A stretch of DNA of 63,583 nucleotides, the filler included, from Reticulomyxa filosa (taxonomy: Eukaryota > Protista > Foraminifera), in the NCBI GenBank assembly GCA_000512085.1. It is 11 parts of 11 records of this genome, joined end to end, with 100 filler letters (N's around TTAATTAATTAA, not from the genome) between each part and the next. Parts side by side here need not be neighbours in the genome. Positions count along the whole stretch, not along the records: positions 12,094 to 39,076 come from ASPP01038724.1; 10 more parts are not named here. One strand, given 5' to 3'. Below the pieces are notes generated by a model that worked only from the letters and a program-made list of their open reading frames with translations, had not been told where the DNA came from and made no database searches. Position 1 is the first letter of the stretch. Every line of letters begins with the position of its first letter. This document shows, one piece after another, positions 14,731 to 27,572 of the stretch. A program made the translations under genes and the position numbers.

Positions 14731-17164
14731 GCGAATAACAATAACAACAATTCAACCAATAACAGTAATGGCAGCGCACAACATAATGTGCTATCCTTTT
14801 CATATTTGGATCAGTTGCTGAATTATGAAGAACATCCATTGGATAGCTATTATCCTCTTCATCTCAACACCAATCGCTTTTTGCAGTACTTGCACCATTT
14901 GCAAAAGCAATGCAAATTGAATATCAATGATATGAATAAATTCAAAGAAAATGTCTATGCGACATTGGAGAAGGAAATCATGTCTGGACTGGATGACTGG
15001 GACAACGACATAAATCACAGAATGCAAAAGTACGAGAGCAATTCGAGCTTAAAAGTGGCGGAGAAAACCGTGCTATCAGTCCAGCAATCTGCATTTTTAC
15101 AAGTCAACCCACCACTGCTCCCAGAGTCCAAATCAGGGAAAACCAACGTACACTCGTCTTCGATGACAACATCAGCAGACAATGCCAAAGTCCAGGCCTT
15201 GGACACAGCCGATCTTCGCAATGAAAATGAAAAGCAAGGAGGTAACAACTCAGCTTCGAAGAAAGTGGCGAAAACGGAAAAAAAAATTGGATCGACAAAG
15301 GGAAAAGAGTGATGTTAAAAGAGGTGATGGTGATGATGACGATGAAGAAGAAGAAGAAGAAGAAGACGAAGAGGAAGAGGAAGAAGACGACGACGAGGTC
15401 GATGATAATAACAATGGAGATAATGCATTTGTCACTACAAATGAAAACGACGAACGTGTGGAAGTGACAATTCGCGAATGTTTGCAAGATATGAGTAAGC
15501 ACAAAAAGAATTGGAATGACCGAATGTCGCGCAGCGAAGAGTTATTACATGTTGTGGAAACTGTAGGTGATTTGGAGAGTAGCAGATGCTCCCATTACAA
15601 GCCTTTCAAAGTGATATTATGCATCATGGAGCATTTGAAATGCAACAAAAAATCGTGGTTTGAAAAAGCTGAAAACGACAATCTTGTGACATTACATAGT
15701 GTCAATGAAAGTGGTGGTTCCTCTTTGCTGGCCAAAAAGAAACACAAACGTTCCAGAAAGCGCAAGGCCAACAACAACAATGCCAACCCCACCACTCCTT
15801 TGTTCAGTGCAATTGTTCCCAATAACGAGGAGGCCATTCCCTCGAGCGATCTCATTGCAGATATCAATTCCAGCGCGACAGAAGACGCCAGTACCAGCGG
15901 CGAAGCCAAGACCTGGTTCAATTTCAGTCATAACGGAGCGGAAATTGATTCGTTTGTAAATCATCATTGCAAAGAGCTGGAAGAGTACATGAGCGAAATG
16001 ACAAAGGAATTCAATCAATTGCAACCGTTGCTCGACTTGTGCTGCAAATTTGTGGACAGCGAATGCTATTTGTATTTGCTGAGTATGAGGGTGTCGTCCA
16101 ATTACAAGAAGATCACAACCAAATACAAAATTATGACCAAGTCGATTTTGGAGAATTGGTCCAGCTTATCCCCAGAAGACAAAAATAAAAATGCCAATAA
16201 ACAAAAAGCGTTAGAAATTTTGTTTAAAGAGTGTTGTCATTTCCCATTCATTTTTGTTTGGAAGGACAACAATCCATCCGCAATTACCGCAATGGAACGA
16301 TTTCTCTCCAGTGAAAATGCTCGACCTTTTTCATAGCTAAGCAATATATATATATATATATGTATATATATGTACATTTTTTTTTTTTTTTTTTTGAGAC
16401 GTTCCTTTTTCAAAATATTGATATTTTATTTATGTATATATAATTTTTTTTTTTTTTTTTTTCCTCTCTCTCCCACTCTCCTCCTTTCAAACAGCTCTTC
16501 TGGAGGCCTGATGGACACACTTCTCGATTTCAGCCAAGACTTGGAAAACTTACAAATTGGTATTTCGTTTGTGCTGCTGAGAGGCTTGAAAGATCGAAGT
16601 GAAACAGGCATTGCCACAAACGCTGCTCGCGAGGTCGACGACAACGATGACGAGGACGATGACTTGGGAGAAGACGCAGACGAAGAACAAAAGGACGAAT
16701 CGCACGTGAAAAAAGAAGGAACATCTTCTTCCAACGCACATTCGAATCGTGAAAAGCACGTTTCTCCCACCAACATCAACAAAGACATCATTTCTTATTA
16801 TATCACTTTAAATCGAGACTGGGACGAAAACAATCTTCGAAGTGAACGAGGCTTTGATGCCGTGAAAACCATCGGCTACAAACTACACGGTCTGGACGTC
16901 TGTGCTGCGGAAAACGAGTCCAATCCCACCGCTGTGCTTGGTGTAAAACATCAACTCAACACCAAACTGTCGTTGCTTATGGGGTGCTATGAAATGATTG
17001 GAAATCAAATACCCTTTTCTTCCACTGATCATTCCCAAATTAACAATACTTGGACCAAGGATGCCAAGAGTCGTGCTAAGAAGCAATTGGATCAAATGAT
17101 CACCCATGCAATGGATCCCACACGATTATGTCAAATGTACGAAGGATGGACTCCTTGGGTGTAA
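12153..17164 (+). CDS. SMG1: SMG1-like PIKK, C-terminal part (post-kinase insertion and FATC domain), multi-exon
   Basis: Exons at about 12153-12624, 12742-13596, 13681-16335 (probable poly-A frameshift near 15280) and 16495-17164. Ends LDQMITHAMDPTRLCQMYEGWTPWV*, an SMG1-type FATC. Confidence 0.8.
14655..14752 (+). repeat. (AAT/AAC)n microsatellite encoding poly-Asn
   Basis: Visible triplet run inside the coding exon. Confidence 0.9.
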
Positions 17165-17673
17165 TACTTCTCATCGCATTCACTGCTTCTTTCTCACTAT
17201 TTGAGCTCGGCCTGGTGAGAAATGAAACATTATCCAAAAAAAAAAAAATAAAAAAATACTAAGACATAAAAACAAATGAAGGGCAAGAGGAGGAACAAGA
17301 AACGTGAAATCACAGATATCACGAAGACGAAAACTTTAATACAATTGAGCCCAAAAAAAAAAAAGGTGAAATGGATGGAAATCTCCAAATACAACATTCG
17401 AACGATGAATCATAGAGGATCATAAAGAAACAAAAAAATGGAAAAAACAAAACCTGGTTATGATTTTATCATGATACTTTGACTTTTTTTACCCCTCTCA
17501 AATTCAATAAAGCAAAAAGTACATTTTAAAAAAAGCATTTGTTTTGTTTTTTCTCTGAATCAATTTTCAATTGCTCGTTACAAGCTTTTTAAAAAAAAAC
17601 TGTTACCACATTTACATTCAAAAATAGCTATTATAAACATGTTTACTTTCATTTCTGAATCATAAGGATCTAG

Positions 17674-19230
17674 ATGATGAAAAGTTTACAGCAAAATGTT
17701 ACGATACTGAGGCGAATGGATATCTCCCAACTGTAAGCTCTGAATTTTCAAAAAAACAATATGGTACCTGCACAAGTGTTGTTAATTGATACATCAGGCA
17801 TTATTGTGCGCGAAGTATTGCATCGATCATCTGCAGCACTCGACAAGTTAGAGAATAATAGTTTGTCATATTTAAAAAAAGGCCAAGAACGGGCTTGTGT
17901 GCACACTCAGTTTGAGTATTGTGGTTGTGTTCTGTCTGTTCAGTTACTGTCATGCTGTCATAAGCACAATTCTTCGAACGAAACCAAATTATATATTTTC
18001 AGCGCAAGCGGCTCCAATGCAAACACTGTATCGTAAACAATTGTGGAATTATGTGCCTTGGATCGAGGAGAGAGCAAAAGATGAGATTCAGAAATGCAAC
18101 GACTATCTGCATCAAGACGAGAAAACCAAAGAAAGTAAAAGTGGTTTACCAATTCATTGTCTGAAGGCGTCCGATACGTACGACGGCATTGATATTTGTG
18201 CATCTCTCATTCGAGAATGTGCGCGACAAATGACCCCAGCGCCAAACGTTTACTTTTTTAAAAAAACGAGACAAAACAGTGTTTTTTCAAAAATACAAAG
18301 AGTTTGATCAAATGTTATGTGTGTGTGTGTGTATGTGTATGTTGTTTTTTCCTTGCTAAATTGATTATTTGTAACTTTGTCTTCAGATTTATGTATTGTC
18401 ATTTTCAGAACGTTTCGAACAACTGTTGGCGATCCCAAGTCCACCAAATATAGTGCTAATCCGCAGAAATCCATTCACTTGTTCAGCCGAAGAACGATGG
18501 TGCTTTGCGAACAATGAATCACTTTTGCATACATTCGTCGGAGATGAAAGACAAAACAATGCAAAAAACGACAGCCAAAACAAACAGGCTGGTTTCACTC
18601 ATGACAAAAAACAATCCCAAGAATACAAATCGGCAACGGCTGTGAGTTCAATGAGCGTGGAGAATGTCAATTATATTCGTGATTATTTGGTGATAACCAG
18701 GGGTGTCAGTGGACTCGGAGAAAAAAAAGCCGCACTTTTGGTGAATCATCCATTGTGGCCAGGATTTCAAGAATTTATCCCTCCCAACGGTCCTTGCACT
18801 TTGGAAGAAGCTACCACGAAACCGCAATGGGCCCAATTGTATTCCCAAAAAAAAATTTCTTCAATCAGTTGACCTGTTCTACAAATACTTTTTTTTTTTT
18901 TTTTTTTCCCCCCCCCCACTTTTTTGAGTTTTGCTTCTCTGAAGTTATTAATCACTTTTGTATGTACAATGTTACACACACACACACACAGTGAAAACTT
19001 TGGAAAATCAATGGGGTAGTGTGGTGGAATATTACCAAAAGATTATTCCGTATTGTGATGATTTATTTGACAAAAAGGTAATGGATAATTCTCATTTATT
19101 TGATCACAATATCCCTGATAACTTTTATCGTACTGAATTTTTTCGAGAGCAGATACTGCACAAAAATTTGATCCCGATCTGCAATAAACTTAGACTAATA
19201 CAAACCAACTCATTTATCCATCTTCGGTAA
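17674..19230 (+). CDS. 5'-3' exonuclease-like protein (PolI N-terminal/FEN PIN fold plus H3TH), catalytically degenerate, multi-exon
   Basis: VLLIDTSGIIVREVLH (N-terminal PIN strand), DGIDICASL, VLSFSERFEQLL, and DYLVITRGVSGLGEKKAALLV (H3TH motif). Gene ends are approximate. Confidence 0.6.
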
Positions 19231-19941
19231 CTTATTCGTACTTCTGTCTCTCACATCACAAAACTAACGAGAGAAGGAAACAGAAAGGCTAAATTCCATT
19301 TTAAAATATTGTTCTTCAAAACATTTTTAGACTCGTTATTTTTTCTTGTATTCGTTCCGCTAATCTTTTTAAGATTTTTTGGAAATTTCTTGGCCACGAA
19401 AATGCAAATTAAAGAAAGTTCTTGTGTTTGTCTTTTTCCTTCTTATATCTCGATAATGAAAATAATCTAAATTATTTTTTCTCATTAACCTGAAAGCGCG
19501 AGTTGTTGAAAACATACGAAAATTTTTATCGTTTTTTTATTTTAATGATTTTTATTAGCTGGCTCCTCGGTATTCTTTTCAATCACAAAATTTGTTATAA
19601 AATTGCTGTTATTACCGTAAACATTCGTCACCTTAATGATTATACGTGCACGAAAACAATCTTTAGATAATTAACTACATTAAAAAACACTGAAATCTAG
19701 TATATTTGGGTAAACACTTCTTTCTCTTGAATTCTTTCAAAGAGCAAGAATTTACCAAAAGCAATAACTAAAAAAGTAACATCTCAAAGATACAGTTAGG
19801 AAAATTCACTCGTACAAATCTTTGCTATTAACTAAGAATCGGGGAGTCTTTGAGAAGATACGTATGATATTGGAAAAGTCACTTGTGTAGGGTTTCTTTG
19901 AGTGTCGCTAAAAAAAAGGAAAATTTTGAAGTAATAAGGAT

Positions 19942-21161
19942 ATGCGCTCTTCTTCCTCTTGTTTGATACGCTATACATCTGTTAACCTTGACCATTGTAT
20001 CTCAACCAAAAAACAAATTTTGTTAGGAAATATTTTAAGAGTTGTGCATGTCCACAAGCTAAAAAAATTTGAAGTTTTGAAAACACAATACATTAGATAT
20101 TCCAATTAAGCAAGGGCAATTTTTTACATAACAAAAAATCGTTCCATACTATCGCGTCTAACTTAAATTTTTGGACTCATGGCAAACGTGCTGTACAATA
20201 TATACAAAATGTGAACACACCGAAATTATCCGCGCACACCACAATAATAAGAAATTTCACAACACGCATTGATACAAGTAAAGACTACTATGCAACATTA
20301 GGTATTTCAAGGTCGTCATCAACAAAAGACGTGCGAAGCGCTTACATTAAACTAGCAAAAGAATGGCATCCAGATGTGCATATGACAAAATCCGAAAGAG
20401 AAAAGGAAACCGTGAAGCGAAAATTTCAGTTAAAAAAAGAAACGAAAATATACGAATAACCATACAATATAATGTAACTCAATACAATAAAAACATTCAA
20501 TTAGAGAAATTCAAGAAGCGTATGAAATTTTAAGTGACGAATCACTTCGAAAAAAATATGATGAGATGCGACGATTGGAAACACGTTTTCATTATCGCAA
20601 TACGAACTCAAATAATAGTGGTTACAAAACATCGTACACTCGAAATGCAGAGAACGATTGGGAGCGGCTATTTCGGTCTCAAATGCAAGCGGAATGGGAA
20701 AAAATGCGCTCTCAACAACAACAACAACGTTATAATCGTTACTATTCTAATCCTTTTTTTGGTACAAATTTATATTTTGGCCAGGGATTGGGCTCTGCAT
20801 TGGGTCTCTTCATGTCCGTGTTTGTGATCATATTTGTGACCCGGTTTGTCGTCGACCTCTTTTTGCTTTCGAGGCAACCACGTCCTGAAACCAATCGAAC
20901 TCGAGATAAACCTAGGTAAATATTTATTTCTGGATGTTTTGAGTTGTATCAAATGACCATTGTGTTTTTTTGGGAAGACTTCAAAATCCATGGGATGAAT
21001 GGAAGATAAATGGGCCTGCATCATCTTCCGACTCACCGCAGACACAACTGCGAAGACATCGAGAAGAACAAGATAGAAAAAATGACCAGGAAAATCGAGG
21101 TTCTCGGTTTGAACCACCACCTCCAGCATTTACTCCAGTTTCAAGGAAAAACAATTCATAA
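19942..21161 (+). CDS. DnaJ/Hsp40 J-domain protein with putative organellar presequence and a C-terminal TM helix
   Basis: [12 protein letters not shown]...[12 protein letters not shown]...KFQ|[19 protein letters not shown]; hydrophobic [17 protein letters not shown]. First exon [13 protein letters not shown] inferred from phase-0 splice sites. Confidence 0.85.
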
Positions 21162-21534
21162 CCAACAATGCAAAAAATTTGTTGTCAATGTCATTTTTTT
21201 GAAAGAATTACAATTTGTTTTTTCTTATACTGAATTTTGTTGGTTCTTGTCGTAATATGTTTGTCGGACGAGTAAACAAGTGATCGCATCTTCTACCTTT
21301 TTTTTTAGATCGAAACAAAAAATTTGCAACATCAATAACTGTTTTGTCACCAAAATTGTTTTTAGGAGAAAACTTTAAAAAGAGAAGGGACAAATTACAT
21401 CTGATGTAACGAAATTTATTTTTACGGATTTTGGTTGCACAACTTATGGACAATATAAATGATTAAAAAATTGTTACGATCACACATAAAAAACTAATCT
21501 CTGTCAGTGGACAAGCACAAATCAAACATATAAA

Positions 21535-21607
21535 GTACCCCTACTTTTTTTTAAATGGTTCAGGAAAAACACCACAAAGGTGGATTTCCGTCATTTTGTA
21601 GGTGTAC
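21535..21607 (-). promoter_or_regulatory. Candidate SECIS element in the 3' UTR of the deiodinase-like gene
   Basis: Minus strand reads GUACACCUAC-AAA-AUGAC-GGAAAUCCACC-UUUGU-GGUGUUUUUCC-UGAA-CCAUUU(A)8-GUAGGGGUAC. It has a UGAN/UGAA core, an ~11-bp upper helix and a 9/10-bp lower helix, ~75 nt after the stop. Confidence 0.6.
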
Positions 21608-21681
21608 AATTTTGTAATTTCCAAATGGAAAATATGTTTGGCAAGAGCAAGCAACACTGAACAAGTTTGGCCATGTTTGTC

Positions 21682-23147
21682 TTACTCAAATCTGTGACTC
21701 AATTCCAGATACAAATCGTTCAGATCGTAATAGCCTGGATTTTTAGGTTCAAGAATGAACGAAATGTGGTTATCTTCAATGATAAAAGCTCGAAGTGGCC
21801 AAGCGGCATACGTTTGTTCAAAGTTATTCTCCATCGTGTCAACGAATACAGGAAATGCAAATTTGTGTTCCTTTTTGAATGTCGTGGCCATGGAACATCT
21901 GTCTTGGGATGTTCGATGTTGTTTGATGCACAATTCGGATTTGGTTCGAATGGGCCATTCATCCACGGCATGCGCTTCAGTGATGTAAACGCACACAAAA
22001 TTGCACACGTCCCCGAATACATCTAGCATTGCATTCAAGAACGGTACGTTGACACGAAAGGGTGGTCAGGTCACACTGCCGCTAATGACCACTGTCGGCT
22101 TTCTGTCGACGAGTTCGCTCAATCTTATCTCTTGCTGTGAGCATGTTAAAAGCGGTACGTCTTTGTATATGTCTCCAACGCGCAGTTCACCGCGACGAGC
22201 TCGATTGTATTTCAGATAAAAAGCAGCATTTTTGATCTCCACATCATTTGGATACAGAGTGCGAGCAGCTCGTAACATCTGCAAAGCATAGGTCACTTCG
22301 GTGTCCGTCTTGTAACCGAATTCGTGTACGACCTTCTTTTGAAATGTCTCAATACTCCAAGGGATGAACACCTCATTTGACGACTCACCCAGCTTTTTTG
22401 TCCGTTCGTATTGCGAGGACTCATCTTCCAAGCAGTCCAACATTTCCTTGCCCAATCTTATCTCATTCTCACGTTTCAACATCTTCAATAACGTTTCTCG
22501 TGTTATTGCAGAGCAAGTTTCGGGACATTTGGTTGGCTGTATAGGAGCGTACATTTTGATATGATACATTTGCCCCCCCCCTTTTTTTTTGTTCATAACA
22601 TATACGTATTTTTATAAAATTTTTTTTTTTTTGAACTGCAGAACAAAAATCAAAATTGATCCTCCCGTTCATTGACGCCATCATCAGGGCCATCATCATC
22701 CTTCCGCTCGAACGTTTTTCTTTCACTTCCAAAATACTAGGATTGCTGCTGCAAAGAGCACGCAATGACCTAGAAATTAAGGTTATATTGTTGAATTTTG
22801 TCACACTGGCGGCAACTGTTTTCTTGTCGAGTTGCACGGTTACGGTCCTGTCATTTTCGTTAACTGTTATTTTTAGTACTTGTTCTTTTTCTTCTTCGCC
22901 AATCCAAAAGACGAGCGGATATTTCGTTGAATACCACTAATGCATGCATTTTTTTTTTTTGTATACGTACTTTTTCTTGTTTGTTTAGACCTCGTTCCAA
23001 ACATTTTTTACTAACCTTTTTGTCCCCTTTTGTGAAATTCCATCTGTTTTTGTTGTTATCTGGTAAAAAGGACAAAGTGTCTTCATCAGATTTCATTTTG
23101 CTGTCAACAGGCTTTTCTACTTCTTTGGTCTCATCAAAAGTGGCCAT
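21682..23147 (-). CDS. Iodothyronine-deiodinase-like selenoprotein with in-frame UGA at 22066-22068; three exons
   Basis: ORFs 22066..22596 and 21682..22038 are one frame separated only by TGA: KPTVVISGSVT-U-PPFRVNV...FVCVYITEAHAVDEWP...DTMENNFEQTYAAWPLRAFII. This matches the deiodinase motifs GSCTUPPF, YIxEAH..DxW and DxMxN...Y.A.PxR. Confidence 0.88.
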
Positions 23148-24126
23148 CTTGTTCACTCTGGCTCTGCACTTCCTTCAAAATCCAGAAATGCAGGCAGAAT
23201 GCGCAATAGGAAAAAAATTTGGCACTAAAACGCACAATCGAAAACAAAAGACAAGGCAGTTACTCAAAAAAAATTAAAAGTTTTCAACTTTTTCGGGACC
23301 AAGCAGTAGTCGCTGTACTAAACAAAAAATTATCACGAATGAAACAAACTTTGGTGTAATATAAATTGCATAAGTAAAGGAAATATATGCATACACTAAA
23401 AAGGATCTTTATAAAGAAAATGTCGGTACATATCAACTACCACATTATCAAAAACTATCAATTGAAGATTAGAAGCAATATTAAAACATCGGAATTGAAA
23501 AATTATTGTAACTCACGAAAGCTATCGATATCCAATAATATGCAAAAATTCGATGCAAATAGCAATGTTATAATGTGTATGAAAATTAATGAAAAGGATT
23601 ATGAAAATACTATTAATTAAATATATAATTAACACACGATATCGTGTTGCAAGTTGATTAGACTTAAAATGAGAAATGACTTTAAATTAGACTGTAAATT
23701 ATATTTATGGATTGACAATTTTTTTATGCGATAGAATAGTAAATATTGTCATAAATGGAATCAATTCATTAATATACAAATTTAACGCTAGAGCACATCG
23801 AGATCATCTTTGTTAAAGTGTTTATATTTTACATTAATGATATCACACACGAAGTCTATGAAAAAATTGAATGTAGAATATTGCAGATGATGTAACATTG
23901 TGAGCACTAATTTATACGCTTGCCGTTGACAATTATAAAAATGGATAGTGTATATAAGTTTCATTTAATATTCATTCTATTAGCTAATTGCTTTCGAAAT
24001 GTTGCTTTAACTTAAGCGAGCGCTTTTAGTGAAGAAATTTATTATTCACAAAGTTGTGTGACAGTCCAAATAAAGAGGATAAATTATGTGCACGCCCTGT
24101 TCAAAAAAAAAGCAACGATAATATCA

Positions 24127-25193
24127 ATGGAGAATTGTTGCCAGAAAAGTAAAGCAAATGAAATGTGGTTTGAGTGGTTTAAATGGGGACTAAACATTAA
24201 TTATTCCATCATGTTTTTTCTATGGACAATTCTTGTTGTACTGGGTTGTGTTTTTATTGTTCATGATGGAAAGTGGTATTTGGCATTGTTACCTTTGCTT
24301 ATTAGTTTGTTTTTTTTGACGATTTCTGGAGGCTGTTATGCATCTATATTACACATATGTGCACACATATATGCATATGTTATGGGTGGAGAAAATAGAT
24401 TATCGAGCTGACACACATAAACAGTATGGTTGAGAATTAAGGCGACCACAGATGACATCGTCGTGGTGAATGGATGTTGCGCAAATGCATGTTACCGTAG
24501 TAAAATGATTGGTCGTTTATCACAATTAACAAAAGTTGAAATAATAAAACCAGGTGACACATGTTGTTTTTGTTTTTTTTTTTATTTTCTCCTTTATAAA
24601 AATTTGAAATGTGCAACAAACAAAAAAAGATGCAAACACTTTCAATGTTGGATTAACATTCGGACATGACCGAATGGCCTTGCTTGCAACAAAGCCTCAA
24701 CGTGTTCCGGTAACATTCCTGGAACCATTAAAGACTTGGTTTGACACATATCGGCCTCGTCAAGAGATATTAATTGTAGGTATTCCAAAGTCAGAAGTGT
24801 CAGAGAAGAAAAAAGAGGAGAAATTCCCAACTCAGAAAGACGAAGAAAAGCTTCCGATTGAGAAACAAGAGGATGAATTTCCGACTAAAAAAAAAAACTG
24901 ACGAAGGTCCAAGCAAAAATACAGAATCTCCATTGCTGGCACAGACTGAGTTGCAACAACTCATTGTTAAAAATGAACCACAAGGACCAAATACCACAGA
25001 CTCGAGTCGTGAAGATTTGGCCAAAAAGAAAGCTGAAAGTCTGAGCTTAGCAATTGAATACACTAAACTTAGCTTAGCGATTGAGAACCAAAATGCTATG
25101 CTTGACACGTTGGAAGATGGAAATCAATCGCTGAAAAACAAAAATGACAATGACACTTCAGGGAAAGGGGAGGGATCGAATAACTCTCATTAA
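24127..25193 (+). CDS. Hypothetical membrane protein (two TM helices, charged C-terminal tail), multi-exon
   Basis: Hydrophobic SIMFFLWTILVVLGCVFIV / YLALLPLLISLFFLTI exon followed by co-oriented ORFs 24430, 24611 and 24858. Confidence 0.6.
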
Positions 25194-25504
25194 AATTTTT
25201 TTTTTTCTCCCAATTTAATCGTAACGTTCGCAATATACGTGAAGATGTCTGTTTGGGTCCAACGTAAAAATCTTCAAAACGTGTCGCAATATAATCCTAT
25301 TGCAAATTTGCTTTTTTCAACATTGTCTTCCTTTTTGCCTTGTTTTCTCCTACGAGAGCCAATTCGCTGTGTGTTTCAAGTTTGTAACAATCGAACATTT
25401 TTCTTACGAAAAATTTTAATTCGGTTCAATTTTGCAAAATAAATATTCGCAAAAAAGTTATTTCACTGCACCGCAAACCAGCACTGGTTTGTGGTATAGT
25501 AAAC

Positions 25505-26471
25505 ATGTTTGACAGCCGACAGAACGTAAGTAGACCTCCACGTGACAACAGTTGGGTTAGTGTCAGCAAAAAAAAACTCAGTTTAAAACGCGTAAGTGAG
25601 TTTTAAAATTGCAGAAAATAAATTGATAAACCTTGTAAACGAATCGTACCTAAGACTGTTTTGTGTGAATATGCAGAAGAATTCCCAAGAACGTGATCCG
25701 CTTGGCTCTTTATATCTTGAACTGAAGAAACACTTGCCAGGAGACCTGGTCGAAGATCGTATCGTGTTGACGGTATTGTCTTTCATTGGATATTCAGAGG
25801 ACGTACTCACATCTTATGCCGTGCAAAAAGATACACCTTTTTTCAAAGCGACGAAGGAGAGCAAGCAACCGAATTTGAAACTGCATTACAAAGTGATGTC
25901 GTCGGATCCGACTCCCACTTATGGTAGTGAGCTTTGCATTTTGGTGACATTGCCAGCGCATACGGCGTTACCATCGCCGCATCAGTACCGATTGCAAAAC
26001 GTTGAATTCTTATGTGGATGTTTTCCCATTGACGAGCTTAAACTGTGGAAAGGAGGAAAATGCGAATTCTTGGCTGGGTTTCAAATATACGATAAAAAGC
26101 ATCATCCTGGATTGGTTTGGAAGCTCAGCAAAGCAGCAACTTTGGAGGCATTCGAAAAAGAAAAGAATAACAGTCTATTATGGACCGAGGCGCGATCACA
26201 AGATTTCCGCGAGGATCAACTTGTGACATTCCATAATTTGAACATTGCTCTGAATCCTGGCACGAAATACATATTTTGGGTGAGACGCTTAGAAGATGAG
26301 GGCGTTCCTTTGCACGCTCCGTTGTTGGATATCTACCACGAATATACCAAGAGTCAAATGGTCAAGAATTGCGTTATTTCGCAAGGGCTCAACTACACTG
26401 TCCGAATTGAGCGAACTACTGTCGAAAAGCCGTATACGATGAGTTATCGCTTGGACTTCACTGTCACATAA
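25505..26471 (+). CDS. Hypothetical protein (~290 aa)
   Basis: Short first exon MFDSRQN|GTAAGT plus a 291-codon ORF with coding-like GC content; family not recognised. Confidence 0.7.
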
Positions 26472-27010
26472 TTGTTTTTAAAAAAATTGTTGTAAGAGAA
26501 TAAGGTTTGGGTTTTACATTTTGAGAATCCGATTTTTTTTTAAGCACATTTTTATTTTATTTTTTTTGAGTACAGTTCATCGAGAAAAATTTTTCATGCA
26601 CAATTTTTTTTTAAAAAAAAGGGCAAAAGGGGAATTGCTGACACGAGAACATTCTATCACTCCATTGAAATATGCAATTATATGGATCAACTAAAAAGTG
26701 ATATAAAAAAAAACTGAACATCCTTCTAAGTAACAAACAACTAGCCTCTTTTACATCAAAAACAATGATTTTTTTAGTCTAAATCTTCGATTAAATAAAA
26801 TATAAACATAAAACTTTTGTTACTGAGCTTGTAAAAAGATTGTGATATACGTATAGTTGGAGAAGTACATGGAGAGTATGTGGTCTCATTTAATAAATGC
26901 TATTAACGTTGTCCATGAACGATCAATGTTTAATATTTCAGGCTATCTTGAGGAAGATGCAATTTCTATGGCATTTTATCCCATCAACCCATTCGCTTTA
27001 AAATTTTAGA

Positions 27011-27572
27011 GTTTGAAACACATGTGCGTCTTTCGTTCACTCTTTTTGCTGTTTTCAATGTAACTTATTAAGACGAAAATTCATTTGACAAAATGTCATA
27101 TTTATTGATTGTCAATTTGTAAAATAAATAATGATTAATGTGTAAAAAAAATGTTTTTTAAAGTATTTTGTAATGGAATGCCGTTATTTGTTAGAATATA
27201 TCTTTTTTTTGGCTTCTTACTTAAATCTAACACTTTACTCTCTCACACAAGAGCAGGTACGCACTATAACCAGAATGGTGACACGCACACAAGAGAGTCA
27301 AATACAATGACTTTGTGAGAGCGTGTGCATTTTAATGCTTTGTGTTTTTTTGGATGTTTATTTGCTTGTTGTTTTTTTAAAAAACTGTTTTTTATTGTAA
27401 CGTAGTCGTTCAAAATTAAATTTTGAAATTTTTGATACAACAATATGTACTTTATCTAAATTATTTTCGAAAAAAACAATTGAATCTTTTTTCAGTTTAA
27501 ATATTACGATCAACTAGCGAGATGAAACAATTTTTGATTATAAAATGAAATTAACTATTTAATGTTTGCCAT
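27011..27572 (+). repeat. Direct repeat, copy 1 (~560 bp)
   Basis: Collinear near-identity with 28872-29493, e.g. cgtctttcgttca...taacttattaagacgaaaattca and gatgaaacaatttttgatt. Confidence 0.9.

Noticed and set aside
15270-15312. Programmed frameshifts (SMG1 ~15280, p23 ~57185, ORF2 ~47910)
   Set aside because: All coincide with homopolymer A runs, so sequencing indel or decay is more likely.
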